Assembly (NCBI GenBank): GCA_050575255.1
Contig: JBNZDD010013627.1
Span: 2,690,607 to 2,754,606, forward strand
Source: Harriotta raleighana
Lineage: Eukaryota
Reading direction: 5' to 3'
DNA: 64,000 nt
Shown: in pieces, positions 62,631 to 64,000 of the stretch
How the letters are laid out: each line of letters opens with the position of its first letter
How positions within the stretch are numbered: the first letter of the stretch is position 1
Translations under genes and position numbers: made by a program
Notes under the pieces: generated by a model
What the model was told of the DNA's origin: nothing
Database searches by the model: none
Seen by the model: only the letters and a program-made list of their open reading frames with translations

Positions 62631-62659
62631 GAAGTACTGTCTTGTACTCCCGCCTTAAG

Positions 62660-63385
62660 GATTTGCAGGTGGCTAGTGTACTAGGGGGATTTACGGGGTA
62701 AGAGGCATTTTGGGAGGTGAGGGGGGCAAGGGAGTCGAAGATGGAGGAGAGGGATCTGTTGAGAAAAGAGGAGAGGGTAGGTCAGTTAGTGAGGGTCAGA
62801 GAGATAGGAGTTCGGATGGTTCAAGGTTGGCAGCGAAGGAGAAAGGGGAGATATTTTTTCCATGGGAGATAGGTGATCATAGAAGAATGGGTAGGGGGAA
62901 GGAGTATGGAGGTGTTAAAGGAGATGAAGTGGTGATTCAAGAAAGCTTTATCTGTGATGGTGATGTCTGAAGCGATGAGGGCCCTGATCACCAGATCAAG
63001 CAGGTAGCCATTGATGTGGGTTGTGGAGTGGATGTGGAGGGAGAGATTAAGGAAGATGCGGATGAAGAGAAGTCACTAGAGGTAGAGCAGGAGGAGTTGA
63101 AGTGGATGTTGAAGTTGCCTAGGATGAGGAGGTGTTCAGAGCAGAAGGAGAGAGAAGACAGGAGAGTGGAGATGTCCGAGAGGAAAGTGGGGGAGGGCTT
63201 GGGAGGAAGATAGACAAGGAGGATTTTGAGGGAGAGATTGGAGGGGTGAAAGAAAGTAAGATTTTCAAAGAAAGGGAAGTTTCCAGAGAAGTAAGCGGAA
63301 CCCAAGTTTCTGTCAGGGTGAGGATGTCGAGGTTTTTGTCGACAGTGAGATTGTGGATGGTAGAAGACATGAAAAACAAGAATTA
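62660..63385 (-). mobile_element. L2 LINE endonuclease-region fragment
   Basis: LDILTLTETW and LLILGNFNIH APE-endonuclease motifs. Confidence 0.75.
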
Positions 63386-63414
63386 TTATTATATCACCTG
63401 TTTGACCCTCACCC

Positions 63415-63806
63415 TGGTGAAAATCCTCACCCTTGTTTTCAAATCTCTCCACTCCTATGCACCCCCTACCTCTCTGACCTCCTCTCTCCTCAAAACTGCA
63501 CCTGTTGCCTTCGCTCCACTGGTTCTGGCCTTCTCCGTGTCTCCCGAATCCTCCGCTCCACCATTGGCAGCCATGCCTTCAGCCACTATGCCCCAAAGCT
63601 CTGGAACGCCCTTCCTCACTCCCTTCGCCTCGCCTCCTCTCTTCCCAGTTTCAGGTCCCAGCTAAAGATCTTTCTCTTCGACCGCGCCTTTGGTCACCTT
63701 TCTACCACTGCGCCTGGCTCGGTCCCGGGATCCATTTTTATGAAGCGCTCTGAGACGCTGGCTGGGATGGAGGTCGCTATATAAATCAAAGTTGTTGTTG
63801 TTGTTG
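63415..63806 (+). mobile_element. L2 LINE 3' fragment
   Basis: [11 protein letters not shown]...KLWNALP, (TTG)n tail. Confidence 0.88.
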
Positions 63807-64000
63807 ACCCTGAACAAGAACATCTTCAGTGTTGGTTCTGAGCCTTGTGTTTGTGTGTGTTTGTGTGTGTGTGATTGCATATATGGCTGCTCTGTTGGGG
63901 CTACTTCAGATAGTAAATGTATAAATCTGTAAAGATCTGTAATTGTATAAATAGATATAAGTGAATCCTTCTCAGATGTTTCTATCAATAATATTGACGG

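Overview
Eukaryotic (vertebrate) genomic DNA. The repeat landscape (tRNA-headed SINEs with L2-type tails, Deu-domain SINEs, L2, CR1, Penelope-type ends) suggests a cartilaginous fish, probably a chimaera; this is an inference. Three spliced genes were reconstructed by hand: (1) the last coding exon and 3' UTR of ECPAS/ECM29 (+, 389-528); (2) a complete SCG5/7B2 gene (+, 5 coding exons, 12056-19890, 208 aa) with a compact candidate neuroendocrine promoter; (3) a complete SMC2 gene (-, 24 coding exons, 59309-23571, 3600 nt, 1199 aa, all introns GT-AG) with TATA and E2F/CHR elements. SMC2 exon numbers assume one non-coding first exon. The most striking unexplained structure is a 293-bp, 99%-identical INVERTED copy of SMC2 exon 24 (Walker B/D-loop) plus its donor site, at 25422-25714 in intron 22. 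It interrupts an old CR1 and has microhomology-type junctions. In the pre-mRNA it could form a long hairpin that loops out exon 23 and masks exon 24, and skipping both exons is in frame. Other notable items: SCG5 in an unexpected ECPAS-SMC2 neighbourhood, a G-rich minisatellite made of repeated splice-donor motifs at the SMC2 5' end, an L2 (TTG)n tail forming an SMC2 polypyrimidine tract, inverted MITE pairs around SMC2 exons 4-5, and degenerate hammerhead-ribozyme cores. Five single-N-joined tandem duplicates look like assembly artefacts. Most ORFs in the supplied track are spurious or repeat-derived. Repeat boundaries are approximate, and family or protein matches are from memory, not database searches.
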